In this document: one piece after another, positions 51,234 through 63,283 of the stretch
Layout: each line of letters opens with the position of its first letter
How positions within the stretch are numbered: position 1 is the stretch's first letter
Origin: Squalus acanthias
Taxonomy: Eukaryota
Direction: 5' to 3'
NCBI GenBank assembly: GCA_030390025.1
Contig: JASTWF010000326.1
Location: forward strand, 124,001 to 188,000
Length of the DNA: 64,000 nucleotides
Program-made: the position numbers and the translations under genes
Notes under the pieces: model-generated
Database searches by the model: none
Told to the model about the DNA's origin: nothing
The model's input: only the letters and a program-made list of their open reading frames with translations

Positions 51234-53396
51234 ATAGAGTCATAGAGTTATACAGCACAGAAAGAGGCCCTTCGGCCCATCGTGTCCGTGCCGGCCATCA
51301 AGCCCTGTCTATTTTAATCCCATTTTCCAGCACTTGGTCCGTAGCCTTGTATGCTATGGCGTTTCAAGTGCTCATCTAAATGCTGCTTGAATGTTGAGGG
51401 TTCCTGCCTCTACCACCCTTTCAGGCAGTGAGTTCCAGATTCCAACCACCCTCTGGGTGAAAAAGTTCTTCCTCAAATCCCCTCTAAACCTCCTGCCCCT
51501 TACCTTGAAACTAGGCCCCCTGGTTATTGACCCCTCTACTAAGGGGAAAAGTTCCTTTCTATCTACCCTATCTATGCCCCTCATAATTTTGTACACCTCA
51601 ATCAGGTCCCCCCCTCAGTCTTCTCTGCTCGAAGGAAAACAACCCCAGCCTGTCCAGTCTCTCTTCATAGCTGAAGCGCTGCAGCCTAGGTAACATTCTG
51701 GTGAATCTCCTCTGCACCCTCTCCAATGCAATCACATCCTTCCTATAGTGTGGCGACCAGAACTACACACAGTATTCCAGCTGTGGCCTAACTAGCGTTT
51801 TGTACAGCTCCATCATAACCTCCCTGCTCTTATATTCTATGCCTCGGCTAATGAAGGCAAGTATCCCATATGCCTTTTTAACCACCTTATCTACCTGTCC
51901 TGCTGCCTTCAGGGATCTATGTACATGCACGCCAAGGTCCCTCTGATCCTCTGTCCTTCCTAGGATCCTACCATTCATTGTGTATTCCCTTGCCTTGTTA
52001 GTCCTCCCAAAATGCATCACCTCACACTTTTTCAGGGTTAAATTCCATTTGCCACTGTTCTGCCCATCTGACCAACCCGTCTATATCGTCCTGTAGCCTG
52101 AGGCTTCCCTCCTCGCTATTTACCACTCCACCAATTTTCGTGTCATCTGCAAACTTACTGATCATACCTCCTACATTGATATCTAAATCATTAATGTACA
52201 CTACAAACAGCAAAGGACCCAGCACCGATCCCTGCGGCACACCACTGGACACAGGCTTCCAGTCACAAAAACAACCTTCGACCATCACCCTCTGCCTCCT
52301 GCCACTAAGCCAATTTTGGATCCAATGGGCTTTTATCTTCTTGACCAGTCTCCCATGCGGGACTTTGTCAAAAGCCTTACTGAAGTCCATGTAGACCACA
52401 TCAACTGAACTACCCTCATCCACACACCTAGTCACCCCCTCCAAAAATTCATATTGGTCAGACATGATCTCCCCCTGACAAAGCCATGCTGACTATCCTT
52501 GATTAATTATTGCCTCTCCAAGTGGAGACTAATTCTGTGTCTCAGAATGTTTTCCAATAATTTCCCTACCACTGATGTTAGGCCCACTGGCCTGTAATTC
52601 CCTAGTTTATCCCTACTACCCTTCTTGAATAATGGTACTATGTTAGCTGTTCTCCAGTCCTCTGGCACCTCCCCTGTGGCCAGAAAGGTTCTGAAAATTT
52701 GTGTCAGAGCCCTGCAATCTCCTCCCTTGCCTCACACAGCAGCCTGGGATACATCTCGTCTGGGCCTGGGGATTTATCAACTTTTAAGCCTGCTAAAACC
52801 GCTAGTACCTCCTCCCTCTCAATACTAATTTGTTCAAGTATATCACAATCCCCCTGCTTGATTTCTATGCCTGCATCGTCCTTCTCCATAGTGAACACAG
52901 ATGCAAAACATTCATTTGAAACCCCACCTACATCTTCTGGCTCTACACACAGATTGCCACTTTGGTCCCTAATTGGCCCTACTCTTTCCCTGGTTATCCT
53001 CTTGCCCTTAATACACCTTAGGATTTTCCTTTATTTTGCCCGCCAGTGTTATTTCATGCCCCCTCTTTGCTCTCTTAATTTCTTTTTTTAAGTACCCCCC
53101 TGCACTTTCTATACTCCTCTAGGGCTTCCACTGTTTTTAGTCCTTTGTAGCTGCCAAAAGCCTCTCTTTTTTTCCAATCCATTCTCGTATATCCCTTGAC
53201 ATCCAGGGTTCCCTGGGCTTGTGTTTCCCACTCTTGACCTTTACGGGAACATGTTGCCATTGTACTCTCTCTATTTCCTTTCTGAAAGACTCCCACTGCT
53301 CTGATGTGGATTTTCCTACAAGTAGCTGATCCCAGTCCACTTTGGCCAGATCCTGCCTTATCATATTAAAATCGGCCTTTCCCCAATTTAGAACCT
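51234..53396 (-). mobile_element. 5'-truncated, frameshifted CR1
   Basis: ORFs 51372-53364 contain [41 protein letters not shown] and FADDTKI. Tail AACTCTATGACTCTAT. Confidence 0.95.
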
Positions 53397-54258
53397 AAAT
53401 ATGGTCTCTATTCTTCAAATCCTATAAAAATTTGGCAAACACACAATACTCATGATTTCAGATAGCCTCTTGAGCATCCTCGAAGAGTTCTGTGGAGTAA
53501 TAGTCAGTTTGTTTACCCATAATTTTGACTGTGAACAATCCCGTGTATTTACCCCACTTATCTCATCCCGAATACTCAATATTCTTCACCTCTTTCCTCC
53601 GAACCTCTCACACCTCCCCTCCTTCTGCCCAGGCTACAAGTCAGCATACCAGGCCCTGTATTTATCCTTCATGTTATTATGCAAAGCCCTGCTGTAGAGA
53701 AACAGCAGCCAAGCAGCCTCAAAGCCACAGAATCTTCCTGCTGGTCCTCGAAAAATAGGTGGCACTTCTTTTTTGGTTTCCAGGGCCTTGCTGCCTGCTT
53801 TCTCCTCTAAGATACTTCAATCTGAGCAGAGCTGGATACAGGGCCTAAAGTCTAATTCTATGAACCCTTCCTAATGTGCACCACCCAGGAAAATGAGGCA
53901 GGAGGAACTGTCATGTTTCTCCCACTACATTTGCATGCTTTCCCCTCCAGTAAATACAAGCACTCTGCCTCCCTCCGGAGATCTCCAGGAAACCACTGGT
54001 CAAAACAATGGTAGGGATGGAGACTTGGCATCACTGTTCCACAGCCCTTTGACCATTGCTGTCTGCCCAGGAATTTCCTGGGCACACAGCAGAGGAAAAT
54101 TGGCCACTACATATTTGGCAGGTGATCTATCTCTCTTCTTTCTTCAAGTGCTCCTGTACTAGTGCTCATCTGATGAACTGGTGGTCTCCTCCCCTCCTAT
54201 TTTCTAAGGGGTGGGGGAAATAAAGTTATAGTCACCCTGATTATCCACATTAAATTAT

Positions 54259-55938
54259 ATGTCCCGTTCTTTTAATATAAAGCACAGGAGAAGTCTGTTT
54301 AATTATTTTGTATCAGTCTTTACAGTAGAGGACACTAAGAATATCCCAACACTGGACAAACAGGGGGCTATAGGGGGAGAGGAGCTAAACACGATCAAAA
54401 TCACTAAGGAAGTGGTACTCGGTAAAATAATGGGACTCAAGGCGGATAAATCACCTGGACCTGATGGCTTACATCCTAGAGTCTTGAAGGAAGTGGCGGT
54501 AGGGATTGTAGATGCATTGGTAATAATTTTTCAAAACTCCCTGGATTCCGCTAAGGTCCCGGCAGACTGGAAAACTGCTAATGTAACACCCTTATTTAAA
54601 AAGGGCAGTAGACAGAAGGCTGGTAACTATAGACCGGTTAGCCTAACATCTGTGGTAGGTAAAATTTTGGAGTCCATTATTAAGGAAACAGTAACAGGAC
54701 ATTTGGATAATCATAATTTAATAGGACAAAGTCAGCATGGTTTTACGAAGGGGAAGTCATGTTTGACAAATTTGCTGGAGTTCTTTGAGGAAGTAACATA
54801 TAGAGTGGATAAAGGGGAACCAGTGGACGTAGTGTATTTAGACTTCCAAAAGGCATTTGACAAGGTGCCACACAAAAGATTATTGCTTAAGGTAAAAAAT
54901 CACGGGATTGGGGGTAATATTCTGGCATGGATAGAGGATTGGCTATCTAACAGAAAGCAAAGAGTTGGGATAAATGGTTCATTCTCAGACTGGCAATCAG
55001 TAACTAGTGGTGTTCCACAGGGGTCAGTGCTGGGTCCCCAACTCTTCACAATCTATATTAACGATTTGGAGGAAGGGACCAAGTGTAACATATCAAAATT
55101 TGCAGATGATACAAAGATGGGAGGGAAAGTAGTGAGTGAGGAGGACATAAAAAACCTGCAAGGGGACATAGACAGGCTAAGTAAGTGGGCAGAGATTTGG
55201 CAGATGGAATACAACACTGGAAAGTGTGAGGTGATGCACTTTGGCAGGAAAAATCCTAGAGCAATTTATTATCTTAATGGCAAGAAACTGGAGAGTACTG
55301 AAGTGCAAAGGGATCTGGGGGTCCTGGTGCACGAAACTCAAAAGGTTAGTATGCAGGTGCAGCAAGTGATTAAGAAGGCAAATGGAATGTTGGCTTTCAT
55401 TGCTAGGGGGATAGAATATAAAAATAGGGAGGTATTGCTTCAGTTGTACAAGGTATTGGTGAGACCGCACCTGGAATACTGCATACAGTTTTGGTGTCCT
55501 TACTTAAGGAAAGACATCCTTGCTCTCGAGGCAGTGCAAAAAAGGTTCACTCGGTTAATCCCGGGGATGAGGGGGTGGTCATATGAGGAGAGGTTGGGTA
55601 GATTGGGACTCTACTCATTGGAGTTCAGAAGAATGAGAGGCGATCTTATTGAAACATATAAGATTGTGAAGGGGTTGGATCGGGTGGATGCGGGGAGGAT
55701 GTTCCCGATGACGGGTGAGACGAGAACTAGGGGACATAGTCTTAGAATAAGGGGCTGCTCTTTCAAAACTGAGATGAGGAGGAACTACTTCACTCAGAGG
55801 GTGGTAGGTCCATGGAATATGCTGCCACAAAAAGCTGTAGAAGCTGCAACATTAATTAAATTTAAAACAGAAATAGACAGTTTCCTGGAAGTAAAGGGCA
55901 TTAAGGGTTACGGGGAGCGGGCAGGAATTTGGACATGA
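54259..55938 (+). CDS. Open CR1 ORF2 fragment (RT domain and C-terminus, no endonuclease); the first ~13 codons are flanking DNA
   Basis: 559 aa without a stop: [56 protein letters not shown]. Expression is not demonstrated. Confidence 0.8.
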   Translation: MSRSFNIKHRRSLFNYFVSVFTVEDTKNIPTLDKQGAIGGEELNTIKITKEVVLGKIMGLKADKSPGPDGLHPRVLKEVAVGIVDALVIIFQNSLDSAKVPADWKTANVTPLFKKGSRQKAGNYRPVSLTSVVGKILESIIKETVTGHLDNHNLIGQSQHGFTKGKSCLTNLLEFFEEVTYRVDKGEPVDVVYLDFQKAFDKVPHKRLLLKVKNHGIGGNILAWIEDWLSNRKQRVGINGSFSDWQSVTSGVPQGSVLGPQLFTIYINDLEEGTKCNISKFADDTKMGGKVVSEEDIKNLQGDIDRLSKWAEIWQMEYNTGKCEVMHFGRKNPRAIYYLNGKKLESTEVQRDLGVLVHETQKVSMQVQQVIKKANGMLAFIARGIEYKNREVLLQLYKVLVRPHLEYCIQFWCPYLRKDILALEAVQKRFTRLIPGMRGWSYEERLGRLGLYSLEFRRMRGDLIETYKIVKGLDRVDAGRMFPMTGETRTRGHSLRIRGCSFKTEMRRNYFTQRVVGPWNMLPQKAVEAATLIKFKTEIDSFLEVKGIKGYGERAGIWT

Positions 55939-56172
55939 GTCTAGGTTCGGATCGGTCATGGCCCTGTGGGTAGTGGAGCGGGCCCAGGGACTGTGTAGCC
56001 TGATTCTGCTCCTATTTCGTGTGTGCAATTCTGTTAGATGCAGGAGATGGTTCTGTGATAGATAGTAGATTGGCGGTTAGGATCAGATCAGCCATGATCT
56101 TATTGAATGGCGGAGCAGGCTCGAGGGGCCGATTGGCCTACTCCTGCTCCTATTTCTTATGTTCTTATGTTC
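54297..56172 (+). mobile_element. Young 5'-truncated CR1 LINE
   Basis: Uninterrupted RT frame, a long 3' UTR, and a perfect (TTCTTATG)n tail. Confidence 0.95.
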
Positions 56173-58277
56173 TTATTTTCAAGTATTTAAAATATAAAAT
56201 AAACTAAGCTGACTTATTAGATTGAGTATTCTTTTTATTCTAGAATATATGTCTCATTTACATCAATGTCCTGCTCCATCAGCAGCCTCATCTTGGTACA
56301 TAAACTGTGTAGAGGTATGAGGTGCTACAGTTGCAACCCATAGCCTGCATCTCCCAGCAACTAAGCACGGAGTTCACTGCTCTTAGAAAAGCTTAGCAAT
56401 GTTTGATTGGTGCAAGATTTGAGAATCACGGGTACTTCCACACAAAAGTGGATTAATATGCAGAATCCTAAATCATGAATACCATCTGCACTTGAGGAAA
56501 GAAATAACCTTTTGATTTATGTACTGCACTTCATAGGACTGTGCTTGTTATGCTTCTGTTTTTTTTAAACTCTGGATTTTGTAAGGGAGGAGGGGACCAG
56601 TGTCTCAAACCACAGGCGAGTCGTTGCTTGGTACGTCCCAAAAAGCACTTTTGCTTTCACAGATATCCAAGTAATTTTGTAGAACTACTGAAAAGAGAAG
56701 GCTCCCTCTTCATTTTGCTTTACTGGTTTGATCACATGTCCTCACTCAATCTTCCTCGACAGGCAGCTGAATAACTCAAGTAACGAGAAAATGATAGTCA
56801 TGACTACTGTGCTAAAATATAATGCTCAATATATTCTGTATGTTTTTTCTCTCACCATCCATGGTTGCTCTCTGGTCTGAATACCTCTCTCCAAAAGCTT
56901 GAGATGGAATCTTCAATTTGAATCAGACAGGTTGGGAACTCAGACCAGGCAAATTTAAATACCCATGTCAATCAAATATACATTCAAACAATTCGATAAG
57001 ATATTTGTATTTGAATTTAATGTCTTGGCTCATTCCTTATGCATAGGGCTCAGACAATAAACTAATTCTGCAATAACTATCCAAATAAACTATCACATTA
57101 TTTTCTGGGAGTGAAGCTGTTTTTTTTAACTCCTTATGTACCACAGCAGAAATACTTCATTTTTGTCACAGTGCCCAAATAGCAATAAGAGTACAACTGA
57201 TTATTCCCTGAACTGAACAGGTTGATAAAAGCCCAGCTATTTTTGGCATTGAAGATGCACCTCTGTATCAAATGTTATCGACATAAGCCTTAAAATAGTA
57301 CATTCTCCTAACTAGGGACACCTGCAGCCTGCATTAAAGGATGAAAGAATGCTTCAAATCCTAAGGTTCCTGAAGTTCTGTTCCTAGTCTCCTTTGCCCA
57401 CTCAGTTGATTTTACCCCCTTTCTAAAGTGTTTGCAGGCTTTGCCCTGGCAAGGCAGTATTTTTATCTGAATTGGATTAATTTTGTTTTTAGAAACCGAA
57501 CACAGGTTGATTTTATGCTGCGATGTTTTTGTTTTGCATTCTTGCATTTTTCTCCACAAAGAAGAAAGATTCACCACAGCTCTGAAAGTGAAGAATACAA
57601 CACACACTAACCACATTTAAAAAATTTCAGCAAAACTAAGGTATGACGGAACCTCAATTATCTGCCATAATGGAGAAGATAATCTGGCACGACTGCAGAA
57701 TGCAATTGCTGCAAACAAGGATGAAATAAATGCTGTAACTTTTCAGAATTTCAAACATTGAAATTTTAGTCTCAGGCAAAATTAGTTCATTTTTGAAATA
57801 CAACAACATTTAAACAGTCAAATTACTTTTTTTTTTAACTAGAACTCCTAATAGTTTATTGTACTTCACAAAAGTGATTCTGGTAATAATTTGCAGGGAC
57901 GTTTATTGAAAGCTCTCAAATTTTATCAGATTATTGATTTTCTTTTTTCAGCCAGGTATCTGGCACAAAGAAACCCACTGCCATGTTTAAGAGTCTTCAT
58001 ATCAATCTGCTGAGAAATCTATAGGGTTTGTGTGTGTTCAACATGGCGTGCACACCCTTTCCTTGTAGGGACACACAAGTGTTGCTCAAGACATTGGATT
58101 GGACCTTAGAACAGGAGGTAATCGAGGGTGCCATTTTTCTTCAGAAGAAAAATTTCATGAAAAAAAGGCATATCCTTTAATGGTGTATCTAACCAATGGA
58201 ATAAACTAATTCTACAAAATACTTCAGTAGCTGAAAGGACTATGGTCACAGTTCATATGCAGTTTAGAAATCAGCTC

Positions 58278-58448
58278 TAATAATAAACCTGTTTCATCTC
58301 CAGCTTTTTCCAGTTCTGACGAAGGGTCATCGCCCTGAAACGTTAACTCTGTTTCTCTCTCCACAGATGCTGCCTGACCGACTGAGCATTTCCAGCATTT
58401 TCTCTTTTTATTTCAGATTTCCAGCAACTGCAGTATTTTACTTTTGTA
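58278..58448 (+). mobile_element. Short Penelope pseudo-LTR insertion
   Basis: Matches ~20675-20834. Flanked by a 14-bp direct repeat TTAGAAATCAGCTC (58264-58277, 58449-58462). Confidence 0.9.
58312..58348 (+). ncRNA. Minimal hammerhead ribozyme
   Basis: AGTT-CTGACGA-AGGGT/CATC/GCCCT-GAAA-CGTT-AACT. Confidence 0.75.
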
Positions 58449-58679
58449 TTAGAAATCAGCTCCTTACTTGACTGGCTTCGTGGATCAGTCATGCTGTGGT
58501 ATATTGCCAAGTATAATGCATACGTTTCAAATCCTATCACTGGCTACTTAAACCTCTCTTCCAAAGTATTTATTAACTTAGTAGTAGATATCCAGCAGAC
58601 CAAAAATGTAATAAGTGTTTTGAGAAAATATAGCTTAATATTTGATGTCAATTAATAACCTTTATTTTGTATTTTTTGA

Positions 58680-59334
58680 AACCGTAATTGCTATCCAGGT
58701 TGCGCCACTCCACCGTCAGCTTCGCGAAAATGGCATTTCGCTGTCTAGCTCACCATTAAAATGCATTGAATGGGGTGAAGTTGCTGTATTTACTCGGTCG
58801 ATAAAAACTAAACGTGTTACAGAAAGTCAAGTCTTGTCACTACAAGCACAAGTATCCTTTTAACAATGTGATCATTGTTAATTACAGCTAATCAATCTCT
58901 GGCACTTAAAATTAACTATTACAAGTGTGGAGTCTCATTCCTTCAGCTTTTAATTGCTGTTGGAGATTTAAAATTTTTTAAATTAATATATATATATATT
59001 TTTTTTCCTTTTCCTTTGTGTTTTTTCTCTTAATCCAGTCTTTCTTTCCATCTCTTTATTTCTCTTTCTGTACATGATTTGACATTGAATTCACCCACTC
59101 TAATTTACACCACCTTCTCAGTTGTTAATGTCACAATCATTCAATCTGATTGGTTAATGAGATACACAGTTGCTTGTCCTGTTCACTCGGGTCCCAGATG
59201 CCCGGTTTCCCTCGCTGCATTGTTATCAGCTCACACTTTCAGCAACTTGCTGTGCAAAAAATTTACAAACCTAAACATGCACAAACAAGTCTAACTAACG
59301 CTGTTAGATGCCCTGCTGCAGCAAAATCCAGGCC
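58680..59334 (+). mobile_element. MITE family A copy, left end missing
   Basis: Shares ACAAGTGTGGAGTCTCATTC and CTGATTGGTTAA with 60412-61127. Ends GCAGCAAAATCCAGGCC. Confidence 0.75.
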
Positions 59335-60411
59335 TTTAAAGCCTACCTTCTAGATCAAATCAGCAGCTTTCAAGTTTATTCAGATACATTAATAGACTTA
59401 TTCTGTGAAAAATATGATTGCAGTATTTCTTGTTCCATGTTTTAAGCTCTTGGGTTTCATTTTGTTGAATAGTGCAAAACCTAAAAAGAAAACAGTTTTT
59501 TAATTTCATTTTTTAAGTCATTTCTTCCACTTAATTTGATCTGCTACTTCAAATAATACTCTGGGCAAACCTGTCCCCAAGCCTCCAACAATGTTTGCTC
59601 TGAAACCAACTCTTGGAACACGTGCAAGCGTGATTCATGGAAATGTCTCCAATTTCCTCGTCCTCCAGGAAATTACCTGGTATCCGTCACTCAGCTTTCA
59701 CTGCGACCAGCCAGAGAGTGCATCCCTCACCTTTACTGTAACTCAATGACCTTTACGACAAACACATTGATGAGAACTGGTGGGATATTTACCAACCCAC
59801 GTACATGATTTCAGGCTTGCTACTGGAAAGTACCAGTAGATGTGTGCCCTTTTCCTGTAGGCCAACAGCCTCAGCATATCCCCGATAAGAAGATAGGTTC
59901 CCAAAACTAATCACTGAACAGACAGAGCCTGATTCCTCATCGACAGCACTGTCCCATCTAGTGCCCTGGAAAGCATGCCTCCCCAAAGTAAGCCTTCTGA
60001 CAAGGAATGATTCTGGGCCAGTCAATAAATAACCCGATCCAAATGGGAAGACCTGTGCAGGTATAAAAATGCCGTAAATTTTATATAACTGAATAGATTA
60101 TGTAATCTGCAAGACAGCATGCATTCTGTTATGCATTTTTGTATAATCACCTGAGGTCATTTCTAAATCTGTCAAATTCACTAAAATGAAAAAAAAAATA
60201 CATCAATAATTAGATCAACTCCTTAAAGTGCAAGCCAAATGATTAATAATGGTACAGTGCTGTTATGTGAATATAAACCTGTTGTTTATTCTGATTATCA
60301 TCTCATTCCCAACTCTTGAGGGCAACATTATTCAAAATACTTCATTTTATCAGCCAAGTTTTGACACTCAGCTTCCTCCAAAATTTAGCACATCACATTT
60401 GCAGTCACACT

Positions 60412-61127
60412 GGGCCAGATTTTGCTGTGAAAATAACAGTGAGGCTAATGGTGCTCACTGTTACTTATGCACAAATCCGACAGTGCACATGTGCAGTTAA
60501 ACACGAAAATCCGAAAGTTGCTGTCTGAGCTTAAGCTGTGCGAAAACAACATCTTGCTGTCTGGCTTCCCATTCAAATGTGTTCAACGGCGTGAAATTCC
60601 TGTAATGCCATTGTAGATGCAGACTAAACTTGTCGCAAAACGTTACGGTTTGTGCATTCCAGTCTAAGTACCCTTTTAATGACGTGCTAAGTCTTAGTTA
60701 CTGCCAAACAACCTCTCTGCCACTGAAAATTAACTTTTACAAGTGTGGAGTCTCATTCATTCAGCTTTTAATGACTGGAGATCTTTTTCTTTCCGTCTCC
60801 TATCTCTCTTTTTATCCAATCTTTCTTTGCCCCTCTATTTCACTTTCTGTACGTGATTTGACATTGAAATCAATAATCTAACTTACATTTCCAGGTGCAG
60901 ACTCTGCGCTGCTTAGTAATGATTCTTTAATCTGATTGGTTAAGGAGATACAGAGTTGCTTTCCCTGTTCACACAGGTCCCAACTGCCCTGTAGAGGGTG
61001 CCGCATCATTTAGTTGTCCAGCTGACAGCAACTTGCCATGTAAAACCCCATGGAAAGTCTATGGGCAAATGCAAGTCTAATGAACAGCTCGCGCCATTCG
61101 TTCGCCGCTCACAGCAAATTCCGGCCC
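60412..61127 (+). mobile_element. MITE family A copy
   Basis: TIR GGGCCAGATTTTGCTGTGA / TCACAGCAAATTCCGGCCC. Flanks ACT/ATT. Confidence 0.85.
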
Positions 61128-62338
61128 ATTACATTTATTAAAGACCCTTAAACCTGAGGAGTCAGACTCATTATTAGGCAAATATAAACAGGACCACTTG
61201 CTTGTATCATGACGTGCAATAAACTAAAGACCAACTACTCATGTTAAACTGCAGCAAACAAACTACATCATGGCCAGACCACCGCATTGGGTAATTTTTG
61301 GTTGAGAGAAGGAAGCATGTGGAATTGAGACTCTATTTTTGCAATTTCCCAATCCATTTATGATTGTAGCAGCATGAATGCAGTAAAAGTCCTACTACAG
61401 TAAAGTAACAGTCATATTTTGAGCAAGTGTAGACAGTTTGTCCATCAAGCCTACCATTCCATCAGGTTCCTTACTGTGAATTTGGAATTAACAGTCTTGC
61501 CTCCTTGATAGTGCTGTAATTTAAGCATAAAATCAATCCCACTTAAGAAACATTTTAGACCATAATTACAGCCCACAATTATTTAAATTCAACTTCCTGC
61601 TCTTTCTCATCATATAATGGTTTAATTGCTACAAATTAAATCTTCAACACCTCCTCTCCAGGCGATGGAGAGAAAGGTCATGCAGTACCCTTTTAGTACT
61701 ATTAGGACGTCTTTGGAACATGTTGTAAATATCATACTGTAGAGTGCTCATAAAGCTATTAGTCACGACCAGTGGCAGAAAAGTGGTATGAAATGAACTC
61801 AAAATGTTTGTAATTGCAACCCCATGTGACCTATTCAGAAAAAGAAAATTAGTATAAAACAAATTAGATACAAGTGGCACCTTAAGTAATGCCCGAAAGC
61901 CAGTATTTAAAAATAAAGACTATATATAATTATTCCAGAATTTCCCCATGCCATACTTGTCCAAAGAAAAAAATTAACAAGTCATGAAGCTAGGAAGAGG
62001 TTTTTGATCTGGAAATCAATACAATAAATATGTAAAATGCTTAATAAAAGTTCAACCATTGTATTGAAATTAATGCAGTAATTGTCGGACCTAAAACCTA
62101 AACTCTAACTTTAAGAAAAATGTTTTGCTTTCATGTTGAACCACAGAGGTAAAATCTCATCTCCACTCTAGATTCCAACGCTTAGTTTTGGTCGTGTTAG
62201 CACTGTGACTAACTATTTATCCGTGCTTAGCACACTCTATAGATAAAAAAATGTATTCCCCTAAAAATCAATGCATGTGAGGATGGAGGTCTCAGCAGAC
62301 CCACAGTGCCCCTTAGTCAAATAAGCCGAAACAGTGAA

Positions 62339-62503
62339 GGGTTGAAGTCCCATGGAGTCTTCCTGATCCCTCCGCCATAATTTTGGCAGAAAGTTGTTGG
62401 AACCCCTGCAGAAATGACCACTTATATAATTTCTCCAGGGTTTCCACCGATCTCCCATCAAAGTTACGGTGGAGATCGGAAGAACTGCTGCTGAAAGTTT
62501 AGG
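62339..62503. mobile_element. Short fold-back (palindromic) MITE-like element
   Basis: 62358-62414 is an imperfect reverse complement of 62430-62483, with a 15-nt loop. Confidence 0.55.
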
Positions 62504-63283
62504 TACGACGAGCAACTGGCTAGTTAACCAATGAGATCACAGCTGAGCCATATTTTGTCCTCAACCAACATTAATATATGCATGCTTTTCAGCAAGGGTC
62601 ATTATACAGCAAACAGCAGCATCCCCAGGTTGTGTTTTTTATATATATTTCCCAGTTGAGATCATTTGTCATCCCTCAAATGACATCCCAGTTGAAATCA
62701 GCAAAGTTAACAGACCAGAGATCAATCCGGGGACGTTTCTGCTTATATCACTCAGGTCATTTGCTTGCCCACTGAGCTAATAGAGGAGCTGAGATTAAAA
62801 ATAATTTAAACCCCTCGTATTAATTCATCATGCAATAATCAAACAACACATTCTACAGTTCCTCTTTCAGTTGTACTCTATATTTTCATTGCATACTAAG
62901 AATCATGGTTATGATTTGTAATCCATTTCAAGGTCAAGTCCCACTAAACACCACTTCTAGCTATTGCAACTTCGATTTTATCTTGAGCCTTGATTGTAGT
63001 AATTGAATGGGCAATGAATGATGAACCATGTCACAACACAAACTGTCAGCTAGCAATAGTGGTAAAATCCTCACCTCAGATGTTTTGTGGTTGATTCAAA
63101 TTATATTGGACATTAAATTGAATATAAAGAGATGACAGTAATGAATTGTTATATTTGCTGGCAAAGGTCAAGAAATGGGACGTCTTCTTGTTTGTCAACG
63201 CCAGGTTTAAGTCATTCAAGTGCTGAGAGAAACATGTGCCATAAGTATTTACAGCAGCAAAGGGCTAGAAGAGCAACAGCAAC

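Noticed and set aside
55950..56024. ADAR hyper-editing as the cause of the degenerate CR1 tail
   Set aside because: A>G is the commonest change, but C>T, T>C, G>A and transversions together outnumber it.
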